A stretch of 64,000 bases of DNA from Patescibacteria group bacterium (GTDB taxonomy: Bacteria; Patescibacteriota; Minisyncoccia; Phycocordibacterales; UBA918): the NCBI GenBank assembly GCA_040386275.1, contig JAZKFU010000009.1, positions 22,367 to 86,366 of the forward strand. Direction: 5' to 3'. The position numbers were made by a program, and so were the translations under genes. The notes under the pieces were generated by a model, which searched no databases, was not told where the DNA came from, and saw only the letters and a list, made by a program, of their open reading frames with translations. Below are positions 26,506 through 36,606 of this stretch, in pieces; within the stretch, counting starts at the first letter, position 1, and the number at the start of each line of letters is the position of its first letter.

Positions 26506-28191
26506 ATGGACTCTGTCATCCGAACCGCCGTTGCTGAAGCGTTAGAAACTCTCGGTTTACCTGAGGCAGATTTTTCTATTGAACACCCACATGAATTTAA
26601 TCATGGGGATTTTGCTTGTAACGTAGCTATGGTTGTCAGTAAAGAAGTGGGGCAGGCGCCACGAGTAATCGCCGAACAAATCGTTACGGAACTGTTTAAT
26701 CAAATTGAATATATAGATCGTATTGAAATTGCGGGTCCTGGATTTATAAATTTCTTTTTAAGTCGAGATTTTTTTGTTGCCGAAACCAACCGCATTATTA
26801 GTGCGGGAGAGAGTTGGGGACGAAACGATTCATGGGAAGGTAAAAAAGTAATTGTTGAATATACAGACGCTAACCCGTTTAAAGAATTTCATATCGGACA
26901 CTTATTTACCAACGCGGTCGGGGAAAGTATTGCGCGTTTATTTATGATGGCCGGAGCAGATGTTAAGCGTGTATGTTACCAGGGTGATGTTGGGTTACAC
27001 GTTGCGCATGCCATCTGGGGGATGCAAAAAAGCGGACTCACTGCTACCAGTGCTTTTACTGCCAAAGATCTAGGCAAAGCCTATGCAGTTGGAGCTACCG
27101 CCTACAAAAATGACGAGACCGCTAAAGCAGAAATTATTGCCTTAAATAAAATAATCTACGAACGTAGTGATGATTCCGTCACGGCACTGTATGATGCGGG
27201 ACGCACGGTGTCACTTGAGTACTTTGAATCAATATACAAACTAGTAGACACACAATTCTCAGAATACTTTTTTGAAAGCGAAGCAGCGGGTGAAGGGAAG
27301 TCGATTGTCTTAGCTCACCCAGAAGTATTTCCTCAAAGTGATGGGGCGTATATATTTGAAGGTGAAAAATACGGATTGCACACTCGCGTGTTTTTGAATA
27401 ATCAGGGACTGCCTACCTATGAAGCCAAAGAGCTAGCGCTGGCAAAACTAAAGGAAGAACGTCTCGGTGCGTATGACCACTCAGTGATCTCAACCGCGAA
27501 AGAAATTAATGAATACTTTAAAGTGCTCAAAACCGCTATGGGATTTGTGTATCCTGAGTTGGCCGCCAAAACCGAACACATCGGTCACGGGATGGTGCGG
27601 TTGGCTACCGGTAAAATGTCGTCACGTACGGGAGATGTTATTTCGGCGCTTGATTTTATTGAGGATGTCGCGCACTCCGCTAAAGAAAAAATGGTCGCCT
27701 CGGGCGTGGTAACTCCAAGTAGTGACTTGGCGCACGATATTGCTATGGCCGCGATTAAGTACGCTACGTTGCGGGGCAATATTTTACAGGATTCAATTTT
27801 TGATAAAGAGCGAGCGCTCAGTTTTGAAGGGGATTCGGGCCCGTACTTACAGTACACACACGCTCGAATTTGCAGTGTCCTTGATCGGGCCCGTTTGGCG
27901 GGAATTGAGCCGTCACGTAAACAGGTGCCCGATGAGACCTACCTGGTAGAAAAAACTTTGTACCGGTTTGAGGAAATAGTCATGCAAGCGCTTGATGAGC
28001 GAGCACCGCATAAAGTAGTGGGGTATTTAACTGAACTAGCAGCTGCCTTTAACACGTTTTACGCCCACGAAAAAATCGCTGATCCGAGTGATACCTACGC
28101 CGCCTATAAATGTCAGGTGGCCCAAGCTGTGGCGATTACCCTCAAAAACGGACTTTTTGTTTTGGCGATTAAAGCTCCTAATCGTTTGTAA
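26506..28191 (+). CDS. argS: arginine--tRNA ligase
   Basis: HGDFACN, NPFKEFHIGH, KMSSRTG, GPYLQYTHAR. Confidence 0.96.
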   Translation: MDSVIRTAVAEALETLGLPEADFSIEHPHEFNHGDFACNVAMVVSKEVGQAPRVIAEQIVTELFNQIEYIDRIEIAGPGFINFFLSRDFFVAETNRIISAGESWGRNDSWEGKKVIVEYTDANPFKEFHIGHLFTNAVGESIARLFMMAGADVKRVCYQGDVGLHVAHAIWGMQKSGLTATSAFTAKDLGKAYAVGATAYKNDETAKAEIIALNKIIYERSDDSVTALYDAGRTVSLEYFESIYKLVDTQFSEYFFESEAAGEGKSIVLAHPEVFPQSDGAYIFEGEKYGLHTRVFLNNQGLPTYEAKELALAKLKEERLGAYDHSVISTAKEINEYFKVLKTAMGFVYPELAAKTEHIGHGMVRLATGKMSSRTGDVISALDFIEDVAHSAKEKMVASGVVTPSSDLAHDIAMAAIKYATLRGNILQDSIFDKERALSFEGDSGPYLQYTHARICSVLDRARLAGIEPSRKQVPDETYLVEKTLYRFEEIVMQALDERAPHKVVGYLTELAAAFNTFYAHEKIADPSDTYAAYKCQVAQAVAITLKNGLFVLAIKAPNRL

Positions 28192-28295
28192 CGAGATACC
28201 TAGGCAAGCTCCAATTTCGTGATACTATAAAAATGCTGGTCTGATACATCAGTTTTATTAGTATGTCTGATACACATACGTAACCTAGTATTTAT

Positions 28296-31200
28296 ATGAA
28301 TAAACAACATGGTCGGGAAAATGACTCAGTGGCCGTTGTGCCTGAGACCGAAAAAAGTGACGTAGCAACTCGTGAAGAATTGATGCAAGCATTTTGGCTT
28401 GAGCACGATATTTTTAATAAAAGTCTGGCTACTCCAGCTGGGGATACGCCCAAAGGTAGCTACACCTTTTATGACGGTCCACCGTTTGCGACGGGCACTC
28501 CTCACTACGGGCATATTTTAGCCAGTACCATCAAAGATGCGGTGCCCCGATTTTGGACCATGAACGGTATGCGGGTAGACCGAAAGTGGGGCTGGGATTG
28601 TCATGGACTACCACTAGAGAATTTAATTGAAAAGAAACTCGGACTGGCTACTAAACGGGATATTGAAGAGTACGGCGTAAAGAATTTTAACGAAGCTGCT
28701 CGTGGTGCGGTGATGGAATATGCTGACTACTGGAAAATGGCCATTCCCCGCATGGGACGATGGGCCGACATGGAGGACGATTACAAAACCATGGACAATA
28801 CCTACACCGAAAGTGTGTGGTGGGTTTTTTCTGAATTACATAAAAAAGGATTAGTGTTTGAAGGCTTTAAAACTATGCATCTCTGTCCACGCTGTGGGAC
28901 TACGTTGAGTAATTTTGAAGTGAATCAAGGCTATAAAGATATTAAAGATATTGCCGTTACGGTTAAGTTACCGTTACTTGATGATGCTGGTAACGTTACC
29001 GATACCTCACTGTTGGTCTGGACCACGACTCCGTGGACGTTGCCGGGGAATATGGCTGCTGCTGTTCACAATGATATTCAGTATGCAAAAGTAAAAGTAA
29101 CCACAGAAACCGGAGCTGAGTTTTTTATTCTCGCTAAAGAGCGCTTGTCACAATTAGGAGATGTATCCTATATGATAGAGGAAGAACTGAAAGGATCGAC
29201 ACTGGTCGGACGTTCCTACCAGTCACCATTTACTTTTTGGCAAAACCAAGATTTTGACAAAACCAATGCCTGGAAAATTTGGCACGCGGACTATGTCGAA
29301 GTCGGGACTGAAGGCACCGGGGCAGTGCATATCGCGCCAGCGTATGGAGATGATGATATGCAGTTAGCCAAAGCCAACAACGTGCCAATCATGCACCACG
29401 TTGATACGGCCGGGCACTTTATGCCGTTGGTGACAGAATTCGCGGGACGGTTGGTAAAACCAAAAGATGACGATGCTTCGGGGATTGATCACAAAGATAC
29501 TGATATTGAAATATTAAAGTCTTTGCAAACCGCAGGCAAAATTTTCAAAAAAGAAAACATCACTCACAGCTATCCGCACTGTTGGCGCTGTGATACACCG
29601 TTACTTAACTACGCGACCACCTCGTGGTTTGTGAATGTGCCGGCAATTAAAGATGCGCTTGTAGCAAATAACGCTCAAGTACACTGGGTGCCAGAGCATG
29701 TGGGCACTAATCGCTTTGGAAAATGGCTTGAAGGAGCGAGAGATTGGGCTGTCTCGCGACAGCGGTATTGGGGAGCACCCTTGCCAATTTGGAAAAATCC
29801 TAAAACCGGTGAGTACAAAGTTTTTGGTTCGCTCGCCGAGTTGCAACAGTATATTCCGCAAACCAATAACACCTTCTTTGTGATGCGTCATGCGCAAGCG
29901 CACAGTAATCTGGGCGATGCCGTAATTGATGCGATTCCGGATGAAGAAAATCCGTTAACTGATACCGGTCGCGAGCAATGTAAAGTAGCCGCCGAGCAAT
30001 TGAAAGACGCGGGCATTACTCGCATTGTGCACTCAGGGATGCAGCGCACGCGCGAGACGGCGCTCGCTGTGGCGGCTGAGCTTGGGTTACCAGAATCAGC
30101 GGTGACGGTAGATACTCGCATTACCGAATTACAAACTGGTAACGCCTTTGAAGGGAAAACCTGGGCAGAGTACAACGCCAACTACGCGAGTGAAGAAGAA
30201 AAGTTCACCAAAGTAATTCCCGGGGTAGAAAACCGCTACGACCTTATTAAACGGGCGGGAGCATTCTTGTATGACTTTAATGCGAGTCATCAAAATGAAA
30301 CTGTCTTAGTAGTGGCGCACGCCAGTTCAACGTTTGCGTTACGGTGCGTCGCTGAAGGCGCCGATCATACCCGTGTCATTGAACTTAAAAAGGAAGGGTA
30401 CTTTGGTAATGCTGAAGTCCGTCCGTTACCGTTTACTCCGGTACCGCATAATGATAATTACGCACTTGATTACCACCGGCCGTACATTGATGAGATTGAG
30501 CTTATTGATACTGACGGTACTAAGCTTGTGCGCGTGCCCGATGTATTTGACTGTTGGTTTGAAAGTGGTTCAATGCCGTATGCGCAACATCATTTCCTCG
30601 GGGAAGGACGAGCAGACTTTGAGGGAACAAAATTCCCGGCGCAGTTTATTGCTGAAGGTCTTGATCAGACGCGCGGGTGGTTCTATTCACTGATTGTGTT
30701 AGGCACAGCCTTATTTGGAAAATCACCGTTTGAGAATGTAATAGTAAACGGGTTAGTGCTCGCGGAAGATGGAAAAAAGATGTCTAAATCTCTCAAGAAC
30801 TATCCTGACCCAATGGAGTTAGTTGATCGTGTAGGAGCGGATGCTATTCGATACTACATGCTCACCTCACCATTGATGAAAGGGGAAGATCTAAACTTTT
30901 CGGAAAAAGAAGCACTTGAGTTACAACGAAAAAATATCGGCCGGTTGCATAACGTGCTTGCTATGTACGAGATGTTTGCCGACGGCACTAAAGCCAATGC
31001 AAGTTCCGACAACATACTTGATCGTTGGATTATTACCCGACTTAATCAAATCATTTCTGAAGCCACTGCCGGATACAAAACCTACGAACTAGATAAAGCC
31101 AACCGACCAATTGCTGATTTTATTGATGATGTATCGGTCTGGTATCTTCGCAGAAGTCGAGAACGCTTAAAGGCCGATGATGAAGCTGACAAAGCTTTAC

Positions 31201-31847
31201 CCATTGGAACACTCCGCTATATCTTGCGCGAACTTGCAAAAGTCATGGCTCCCGCTATGCCATTTTATGCTGAGTATTTATATCGTGCAGTAAAAGATGA
31301 GGGAGAAGCAGAAAGTGTACACCTAACTGCTTGGCCACAAGGTGGAGAAGTAAGTACTGATCTTATCGAGAAAATGAAAGAGGTACGTATGTTTGTGACG
31401 GCTGGTCTTGAAGCTCGCACCAAAGCCAATATCAAAGTTCGCCAACCATTGTCAGAATTATTTATTCGCACAACGATGCTTCCGGATACTGAGCTACTCG
31501 ATTTAATTAAAGATGAGCTCAATGTAAAGGAGGTGAGTCTCGACGGAGTTGGGGAAGACAACAGTCCCCGCATTAAACTCATGACTGACCTCAGTCCCGA
31601 GTTGCTCGCCGAAGGAGCCGTCCGGGAAGTTATGCGGGCTGTTCAAGATATGCGTAAAGATGCCGGCCTAGAACCAAGTGACCGTATCACGCTCACGATT
31701 GATACCGACGAAAAAGGCCAGCAAGCTATTGCTGTACATCAAGACATGCTCCTCAAAACCGTCGGAGCAACAGATGTTGTATTTGAAGTAACTTTTGGAA
31801 CGAGTGTCACGAGTGGTAACTATAGTTTTATTTGTTCAATTTCGTAA
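28296..31847 (+). CDS. ileS: isoleucine--tRNA ligase (type 2) with inserted histidine-phosphatase domain
   Basis: DGPPFATGTPHYGH, WTTTPWTLP, SRQRYWG, KMSKS; insert FVMRHAQA...VAH about 29870-30440. Confidence 0.95.
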   Translation: MNKQHGRENDSVAVVPETEKSDVATREELMQAFWLEHDIFNKSLATPAGDTPKGSYTFYDGPPFATGTPHYGHILASTIKDAVPRFWTMNGMRVDRKWGWDCHGLPLENLIEKKLGLATKRDIEEYGVKNFNEAARGAVMEYADYWKMAIPRMGRWADMEDDYKTMDNTYTESVWWVFSELHKKGLVFEGFKTMHLCPRCGTTLSNFEVNQGYKDIKDIAVTVKLPLLDDAGNVTDTSLLVWTTTPWTLPGNMAAAVHNDIQYAKVKVTTETGAEFFILAKERLSQLGDVSYMIEEELKGSTLVGRSYQSPFTFWQNQDFDKTNAWKIWHADYVEVGTEGTGAVHIAPAYGDDDMQLAKANNVPIMHHVDTAGHFMPLVTEFAGRLVKPKDDDASGIDHKDTDIEILKSLQTAGKIFKKENITHSYPHCWRCDTPLLNYATTSWFVNVPAIKDALVANNAQVHWVPEHVGTNRFGKWLEGARDWAVSRQRYWGAPLPIWKNPKTGEYKVFGSLAELQQYIPQTNNTFFVMRHAQAHSNLGDAVIDAIPDEENPLTDTGREQCKVAAEQLKDAGITRIVHSGMQRTRETALAVAAELGLPESAVTVDTRITELQTGNAFEGKTWAEYNANYASEEEKFTKVIPGVENRYDLIKRAGAFLYDFNASHQNETVLVVAHASSTFALRCVAEGADHTRVIELKKEGYFGNAEVRPLPFTPVPHNDNYALDYHRPYIDEIELIDTDGTKLVRVPDVFDCWFESGSMPYAQHHFLGEGRADFEGTKFPAQFIAEGLDQTRGWFYSLIVLGTALFGKSPFENVIVNGLVLAEDGKKMSKSLKNYPDPMELVDRVGADAIRYYMLTSPLMKGEDLNFSEKEALELQRKNIGRLHNVLAMYEMFADGTKANASSDNILDRWIITRLNQIISEATAGYKTYELDKANRPIADFIDDVSVWYLRRSRERLKADDEADKALPIGTLRYILRELAKVMAPAMPFYAEYLYRAVKDEGEAESVHLTAWPQGGEVSTDLIEKMKEVRMFVTAGLEARTKANIKVRQPLSELFIRTTMLPDTELLDLIKDELNVKEVSLDGVGEDNSPRIKLMTDLSPELLAEGAVREVMRAVQDMRKDAGLEPSDRITLTIDTDEKGQQAIAVHQDMLLKTVGATDVVFEVTFGTSVTSGNYSFICSIS

Positions 31848-32085
31848 TAATGTTTGCTTTCTATCCATCTAAGTAATTAATTAGTGTGATAAAAATAGAT
31901 GAAATACAAGGCGTCCAAGAAAAAAGTTTCGAGCCATATCGCGTATATGGTGAGGAATTTTTTGCGCAGTTGGTCCAGCGATTTTCCCAAGGGAAGAAAA
32001 AATCGGGACAGAAATTCAGAATTGTCGCTACGCTCTGTTCTTTATTCCACACAGTAGGTCGCTTGTTTTAGGAAACGTACCCAGC

Positions 32086-32670
32086 ATGTCATACAACACA
32101 TACATTACTGAGGCGCTCATCTGCGGCAGCTTCGATTCCAACACTGCTGATAAATCGTACCTCCTGTTTACCAAATCGGCGGGGATGATTTATGCGTCGG
32201 CGCGCAGTGTGCGCGAAGAGCGAAGTCGTCAACGGTTTGCCTTGCAAGATTTTGGAATAGTGACCGTGTCACTTATTAAAGGGAAGACGGGGTGGCGAAT
32301 TGGGAGTGTGCAATCGGAAGGAAACTTGTTTGCAAGCGCACCTAATCGGTTGGTGCGGGGAAGTGTGGTGCGAATGTTTAAATTTCTGCGACGTTTTGCC
32401 GGTGCCGAAGAACCAGAGCCTATTATCTATGACGAATTTTGTCTTGGGCTGTCGTATCTCACAAAACCTGAAGTAGAAAATCGAACCCTGATTGAGGAGG
32501 TGTTACAAGCCCGGATGTTGTATCATTTGGGGTATATTGCCGATACCGAAGATAGTAATTTTATCTTTGAACAACCACTTCTAGTGGTAATTACGTCTGA
32601 GTTGTTGCCTCCATTGCTTCCACGATTAAAAACAATCACCGGCAATGCAACTTCGGCCAGTCATTTATAA
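32086..32670 (+). CDS. recO: DNA repair protein RecO (short form)
   Basis: ADK..LLFTK..G.I.A.A.SVR...S OB-fold pattern; LGY. Confidence 0.8.
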   Translation: MSYNTYITEALICGSFDSNTADKSYLLFTKSAGMIYASARSVREERSRQRFALQDFGIVTVSLIKGKTGWRIGSVQSEGNLFASAPNRLVRGSVVRMFKFLRRFAGAEEPEPIIYDEFCLGLSYLTKPEVENRTLIEEVLQARMLYHLGYIADTEDSNFIFEQPLLVVITSELLPPLLPRLKTITGNATSASHL

Positions 32671-32702
32671 AGATAAGTGATATACTGGTGGATATTAGTA
32701 TT

Positions 32703-34661
32703 ATGTCACCGCTTAAAGATCAAGCTCAAATTGATGAAATTCGACGTCGTTTATACGAACGTGGAGCGCAACCGGGGGTCACACCCAGGCATAATTTATC
32801 AAAGGTAGCTGAAACTCCCCAAACGCGGTGGCCGGGACAAAAACCGTTACCGCAACCCGAAATCTATCCTGCTGATCAACGCGGAGAAGTACTTGATGAA
32901 CCAACTGTTGACGTCCATGAAGTTAAGGTGCCCAAAAAGCGATTTAGATTTACCTTCCGAACGATAATGCTAATCTTGGCGCTCGGTACTTTTTTAGCGG
33001 CGATTTTATTTTCAAGTTTCTACATGCTGTTTGGAAACAATCAAATTTCCAACAAAAATATTAGTATCAACATTAATGCTCCCTTAACTATTGGTGGAGG
33101 GGAAGTAATGGATATTCAGATATCGGTCACCAACCAAAATAAAGTCCCCATTGAATCTGCAGTGCTGATTGTGAATTATCCAGCCGGATCCAAATCAACG
33201 GATTTGCCCGCAAAAGATCTCTATGAAGAGCGCATTACCCTCAACCGGATAGAGGCTGGTGAAGCAATTAATATTCCTCTCAAGGCCGTCATGTTTGGCG
33301 AAGAAAACCAAGAGCGGCAAATTAAAGCCACCATTGAATATCGTTTGGTTGATTCAAACGGAACTTTCTACAAAGAGAGTGATCCGTTAACTTTTAAAAT
33401 CAGTTCTTCGCCGGTAGTGATTCGCGTTGAATCAATTAAAAAAGTATCAGCGGGACAGGATATTGAAGTAAAATTGACCATTCAATCAAACGCGTCGACG
33501 CCATTAAAAGACGTACTTGTCACCGCCAATTATCCAACCAATTTTGATTTTAGCAGTGCAGAACCGACTCCTGTTTTTCGAGAGAGCGCTTGGTTGATTA
33601 AAGAATTACTCCCCGAAACCTCCACTACCATTGTGATTAAAGGGGGAATTCTTGGTAAGCAAACGGAAGAATTTCAAATTCAGTTCTCAGCCGGAACCGC
33701 CCAGCAAGATAATCAATTTATGATTGGATCGGTTCTAGCAAATGCCATCGCTGACTTTGTGATTGAACAACCGTTTATTGATGTGGGGATTGGCGTTAAT
33801 AATTTAACGACTGAAGTAGTGACACTGCCAACCGGCCAAGACACGCAGGTTGAAGTATCAGTTCAAAACACGTTGGATCAGACCCTCTACGATATGGCAG
33901 TTGAAGTGGCGGTTAAAGGAAATATTTTGGTACGGGAAAATGTGCAGGTAAACAAAGGGTTCTATGACTCGGTGAAAGATGTGATACGTTTTGACCCCTC
34001 AGGAGATAAAACGTTAGGGGCGGTCGCTCCAGGAGCCACAAAAAAATTCATCTTCACTCTAAGGCCCGGTGATCAAAAATCAACCCCATCATACACCCTG
34101 ACTGCAAATGCGTACGCTCGGCGTGTAAACGAAACGAGTGCCACTGAACAATTAGTGGGTACCGCCAAAACAGAAGTTAAATTTACTTCCTCGGTAGCGA
34201 TAACCCGAACCATTGGCCGTAGAGTGCCTGGGTTTACTGATGTGGGACCAATTCCACCCGCACCTGATATCAAAACTTCGTACACCGTTACGTTAACGAC
34301 CAGTGCCGGAGGGAATGATGTGACCGGTGGAGTGCTTACTACTTCTTTGCCCCAGTACGTCAGTTGGGAGAACCTCAGTAGTGGTGATGGCACGCTGGCC
34401 TTTAACCCGATATCAAAAGAACTAACCTGGACGGTAGGGGAAATTAAAGCCGGAGCCAAGAAAACCACCACTTTCCAAATCGCCCTCTTGCCAAGTCAGA
34501 ACCAAATTGGTACAACTCCTGCAGTACTTGGTACGCAACGATTTAGAGCGACTGACCGATTTACCAACCAAGTAATACGTGCCGAAGGTCCGCCTGCTAG
34601 TTCAGAATTAGGTATTGAATCTGGTTTTGAGCAAAATAACGGTGAGGTGACTCGACCCTAA
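32703..34661 (+). CDS. membrane-anchored protein with tandem Ig-like beta-sandwich domains
   Basis: Single TM near residue 95-115, repeated beta-rich units. Confidence 0.75.
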   Translation: MSPLKDQAQIDEIRRRLYERGAQPGVTPRHNLSKVAETPQTRWPGQKPLPQPEIYPADQRGEVLDEPTVDVHEVKVPKKRFRFTFRTIMLILALGTFLAAILFSSFYMLFGNNQISNKNISININAPLTIGGGEVMDIQISVTNQNKVPIESAVLIVNYPAGSKSTDLPAKDLYEERITLNRIEAGEAINIPLKAVMFGEENQERQIKATIEYRLVDSNGTFYKESDPLTFKISSSPVVIRVESIKKVSAGQDIEVKLTIQSNASTPLKDVLVTANYPTNFDFSSAEPTPVFRESAWLIKELLPETSTTIVIKGGILGKQTEEFQIQFSAGTAQQDNQFMIGSVLANAIADFVIEQPFIDVGIGVNNLTTEVVTLPTGQDTQVEVSVQNTLDQTLYDMAVEVAVKGNILVRENVQVNKGFYDSVKDVIRFDPSGDKTLGAVAPGATKKFIFTLRPGDQKSTPSYTLTANAYARRVNETSATEQLVGTAKTEVKFTSSVAITRTIGRRVPGFTDVGPIPPAPDIKTSYTVTLTTSAGGNDVTGGVLTTSLPQYVSWENLSSGDGTLAFNPISKELTWTVGEIKAGAKKTTTFQIALLPSQNQIGTTPAVLGTQRFRATDRFTNQVIRAEGPPASSELGIESGFEQNNGEVTRP

Positions 34662-34690
34662 TACTTAACTTACAAACATTAAATTACGTT

Positions 34691-36079
34691 ATGACAAACC
34701 CCGACAGTACGACAAACAAAATGGAAAAAATCACCGCCCTATGTAAGCGTCGGGGATTTGTGTTTCAAGGTTCGGATATTTATGGGGGACTGCGAGGTAC
34801 CTGGGATTTAGGTCCGCTTGGGGTTGCTTTGAATAACAACATCAAACGTGAGTGGTGGAAGATGTTTGTTGATGGACGAGAGGATATGTATGGACTCGAT
34901 GCGTCTATATTAATGAACGCCAAAGTGTGGGAAGCAAGTGGCCACACTGGCGCTGGTTTTGCTGACCCGATGCTTGAGGATACCGTGACAGGTGAACGCT
35001 TCCGAGCTGACCATTTTCTAAAAGATAACGGGTACGATGCGGAGGGGCTGTCACTCGAAGCCATAGATGCACTAATTACAGAGAAGGGAATTAAAAGTCC
35101 TAAAGGAAATCCGCTGTCAAAAACTCGAACGTTTAACATGATGTTTGAAACTCGGATTGGCGCTACTGCCGGACCAGAAGGTTTGGTGTACTTGAGACCC
35201 GAAACAGCACAAGGAATTTTTGTGAACTTTAAAAATGTAGTTGACTCAATGGCGCCAAAGATGCCATTTGGAATTGGACAGATTGGGAAGGCGTTTCGAA
35301 ATGAAATTGCTCCTCGTGAATTTTTGTTTCGCGTGCGAGAGTTTGAGCAGATGGAAATTGAATACTTCGTAAAAGAGGAAGAGTGGAAAGAACGATTTGA
35401 AGAGTGGCGCTTGGCCATTTGGAATTGGTTTGACCATCTTGGACTTTCGAGAGAAAACGTACAGGAGCTCGAAGTAGCCGAAGGAGACCTTGCTCACTAC
35501 AGTAAACGGACTATTGATTTTGAGTACAATTTTCCTGGTAAAGGGTTTGATGAGTTGGCTGGGTTTGCGTACCGAACCGACCATGACTTAAAAGCGCACA
35601 TGAACGCGAGCGGGGTTTCAATGGAATATATTGAATCAGATGGGACGCGCTTCGTGCCTCACGTGCTTGAACCAAGTTTTGGTGTGGGTCGAGCAATAAC
35701 CGCAGTATTGTGTGAAGCGTATACGGAAGACGCAATGGGTGAGGATGGCCGAACGTTTCTTAAATTGCCAAAACACCTCGCGCCGTATGTAGCCTGTGTC
35801 TCACCGTTGCTTCGTAACAAACCAGAGTTGGTAGAAAAAGCTCGGGGAGTGTTTTCTATCCTTAAAAAAGAGTTTGGAAATGTCACCTGGGATGACAATG
35901 GAAATGTCGGAAAACGCTACCGACGCCAAGATGAAATTGGTACCCCATACTGTATCGTGATTGATTTTGACACTCTCGGAGAAAATCCAGAATTACTTGA
36001 TACGGTCACCGTCCGTAATCGTGATACGGGGGAGCAAGAACGAATGGCTATTACGGAACTTGTAAACTACTTAAAATAA
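34691..36079 (+). CDS. glyQS: glycine--tRNA ligase, homodimeric (alpha2) type
   Basis: LRPETAQG, FRNEI, REFEQME, EPSFG, GKRYRRQDEIGTP. Confidence 0.96.
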   Translation: MTNPDSTTNKMEKITALCKRRGFVFQGSDIYGGLRGTWDLGPLGVALNNNIKREWWKMFVDGREDMYGLDASILMNAKVWEASGHTGAGFADPMLEDTVTGERFRADHFLKDNGYDAEGLSLEAIDALITEKGIKSPKGNPLSKTRTFNMMFETRIGATAGPEGLVYLRPETAQGIFVNFKNVVDSMAPKMPFGIGQIGKAFRNEIAPREFLFRVREFEQMEIEYFVKEEEWKERFEEWRLAIWNWFDHLGLSRENVQELEVAEGDLAHYSKRTIDFEYNFPGKGFDELAGFAYRTDHDLKAHMNASGVSMEYIESDGTRFVPHVLEPSFGVGRAITAVLCEAYTEDAMGEDGRTFLKLPKHLAPYVACVSPLLRNKPELVEKARGVFSILKKEFGNVTWDDNGNVGKRYRRQDEIGTPYCIVIDFDTLGENPELLDTVTVRNRDTGEQERMAITELVNYLK

Positions 36080-36115
36080 GTATAGTCTAATTTATAGATA
36101 GAAAGGAGGTGTGCC

Positions 36116-36541
36116 ATGCAGTTGATTCTAGGTAAGGTCAATCAAGAATCTAAAAAATTGATATTCATGGCGCACATTCCTATAAGTGCACAACAACATG
36201 ATATCAAAACGGCAATTGAAAAAGTCCGATTTCTAAAAATCGCCGCTGAACGTTCCGGGTACATCGCATACTCCACTGATGTGGTCACATTATTTGAATC
36301 TCGCTTGCATGTGAGTAAGGAGCTACAACAAAAACGCGAACGGGATTGCCATTTACTGTCAGTGGGTACGTACGATGCCATCCAATATTCCGGAAGCGGT
36401 CTTTCCAGTGATCATTTGCAAGATATTGCTCGAGCGGCCTATTTTGGAGAAACGCCAGTCTACTTAGATATACCAAAAGAATCTCTACTGGCTCAGTATA
36501 TTATTAGGTTTAAATTTAATAGAGTGCAAAGGGATATTTAA
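36116..36541 (+). CDS. hypothetical protein
   Basis: AGGAGG SD, terminator after stop. Confidence 0.7.
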   Translation: MQLILGKVNQESKKLIFMAHIPISAQQHDIKTAIEKVRFLKIAAERSGYIAYSTDVVTLFESRLHVSKELQQKRERDCHLLSVGTYDAIQYSGSGLSSDHLQDIARAAYFGETPVYLDIPKESLLAQYIIRFKFNRVQRDI

Positions 36542-36606
36542 AGCAGCTGATTCAAAAAGAATCGGCTGCTTTTTTATTTCCCACGCTGTGGTACAGTATT
36601 TTAACT

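Noticed and set aside
31861-32071. Short ORFs between ileS and recO
   Set aside because: Weak starts on both strands and no motifs; cannot be supported
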